A stretch of DNA of 63,637 bases, the filler included, from Octopus bimaculoides (taxonomy: Eukaryota): NCBI RefSeq assembly GCF_001194135.2. It is 8 parts of 7 records of this genome, joined end to end, with 100 filler letters (N's around TTAATTAATTAA, not from the genome) between each part and the next. Parts side by side here need not be neighbours in the genome. Positions count along the whole stretch, not along the records: positions 62,638 to 63,637 come from NW_026316731.1; 7 more parts are not named here. One strand, given 5' to 3'. The position numbers and the translations under genes were made by a program. The notes beneath the pieces were generated by a model that did not search any database, was not told the DNA's origin, and worked only from the letters and a program-made list of their open reading frames with translations. Within the stretch, counting starts at the first letter, position 1, and each line of letters opens with the position of its first letter. Shown one piece after another: positions 62,638 through 63,637 of the stretch.

Positions 62638-63637
62638 GAAAAGTATAACCTGACCGATAGGACAGAACCGTTGGTACCAAGAGAACCTAGATTTATAGTC
62701 AAGGACCATAAAGTAAATTTCTGGACACAGCCATCACTAAGACTCATATGCCCAACGAGATCGGACATAGGAATATTAAGCAAGAACATTATAAATAACT
62801 ATCTACCCACAATAACCACTAAGTTAAAGTTAGAATTATGGTCTAGTACAGACCAAGTAATTAATTGGTTTAGATCAATTGAGCATAAAGAAGAAACAAA
62901 ATTTATCCAATTTGATATAGCTAACTTTTATAGATCAATTAACCCAATAGTACTAAACAAGGCAATGTGGTTCTTCCATAAAAAAGCAGGCCTTACTAAA
63001 GAAGAATTTCAAGTTATAACAGCAGCAAGGAATTCGTTTATTAGCTTTAAAGATAAGATATGGGTAAGGAAAGATACCCCTGGCGCATTTGATGTTGCCA
63101 TGGGAAGTTCCGACTCAGGCCAAATAGCTGATATGGTGGGATCATTTATCCTTTATGAATTAAATGATCAATTCCCTAGGGTTAGGGGGGTTTGTATAGA
63201 AACGACTGCCTGTTATATGTTAGGAATTGCTCAAACCAGGAACTACAGAGAATTAAGGGTAGGCTGGCCAGATTTTTCAGCAGAATGGGGATGGGTATAG
63301 TTTACGAAGATGATGTCTCAGTAGCAAATTTCCTAGACGTAACATTAGATATTAAGAATAAAACATATAGACCATACCACAAAACCCTAACAAACCTACA
63401 GTATATAAGTAAATCAAGTAACCATCCGAGGGCTATAATACATAATCTAGTAAAAAATATATCTTTAAGACTCTCCAAATTATCTGCTAACAATAGGGTA
63501 TTTAATAATGAAGCTAATTTCTATAATGCAGCACTAAATAAGGCAGGATATAAAGAAAGGGTCTCTTATATTGAAAATGGTATCAATGGAATTGAAACAA
63601 CTGACAACAACAACAACAACAACAATAATAATAATAA
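62638..63637 (+). mobile_element. Penelope-like element reverse transcriptase (one frameshift), running off the window end
   Basis: Open from 62638: FIVKDHK..LRLICP..LWSSTDQVINWF..KFIQFDIANFYRSI..FDVAMGSSD..DMVGSFIL. A -1 shift in the G6 run (63185-63190) leads to GLYRND..VANFLDVTLD..YRPYHK..YISKSSNHP..ISLRLSKLS, open to the end. Confidence 0.92.

Noticed and set aside
14-63493. Most ORFs in the track (poly-YI, HT, CV, RE, D, M, N, S, L and X-filled ORFs)
   Set aside because: They are translations of di- and trinucleotide microsatellites or read through N gaps, with no coding complexity.

Overview
Repeat-saturated eukaryotic draft scaffold with many N gaps. It is most likely a cephalopod (Octopus-like) genome; this is an inference from the tRNA-derived SINE families, the extreme density of (TA/CA/GA/TAA/ATC)n microsatellites and the transposon spectrum. 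Almost all ORFs in the supplied track are microsatellite or N-gap artefacts, and no host gene can be named. What can be supported is transposon material: three Tc1/mariner relics (an internally deleted mariner, a maT-like 3' end and a Tc1-like copy whose reconstructed triad spacing is DD36E), a hAT relic, a TIR-bounded Chapaev3-like element, three R4/Dong-like RLE-LINE fragments next to (TAA)n, an L1/Tx1-like ORF1 zinc knuckle, Penelope-like element (PLE) RT and GIY-YIG fragments, and about 18 SINE copies from four families. The most interesting signal, absent from the ORF track, is a set of minimal type I hammerhead-ribozyme motifs, all with a palindromic mini stem III. One sits downstream of a tRNA-like Pol III head in a possible ribozyme-carrying SINE (33687-33928). 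Another heads a hairpin-dense ~215-nt retrozyme-like unit nested inside a SINE (26663-26876). A few candidate host exons are flagged at low confidence. Seven TTAATTAATTAA strings centred in 100-nt gaps are assembly linkers. All alignments and folds were done by eye.
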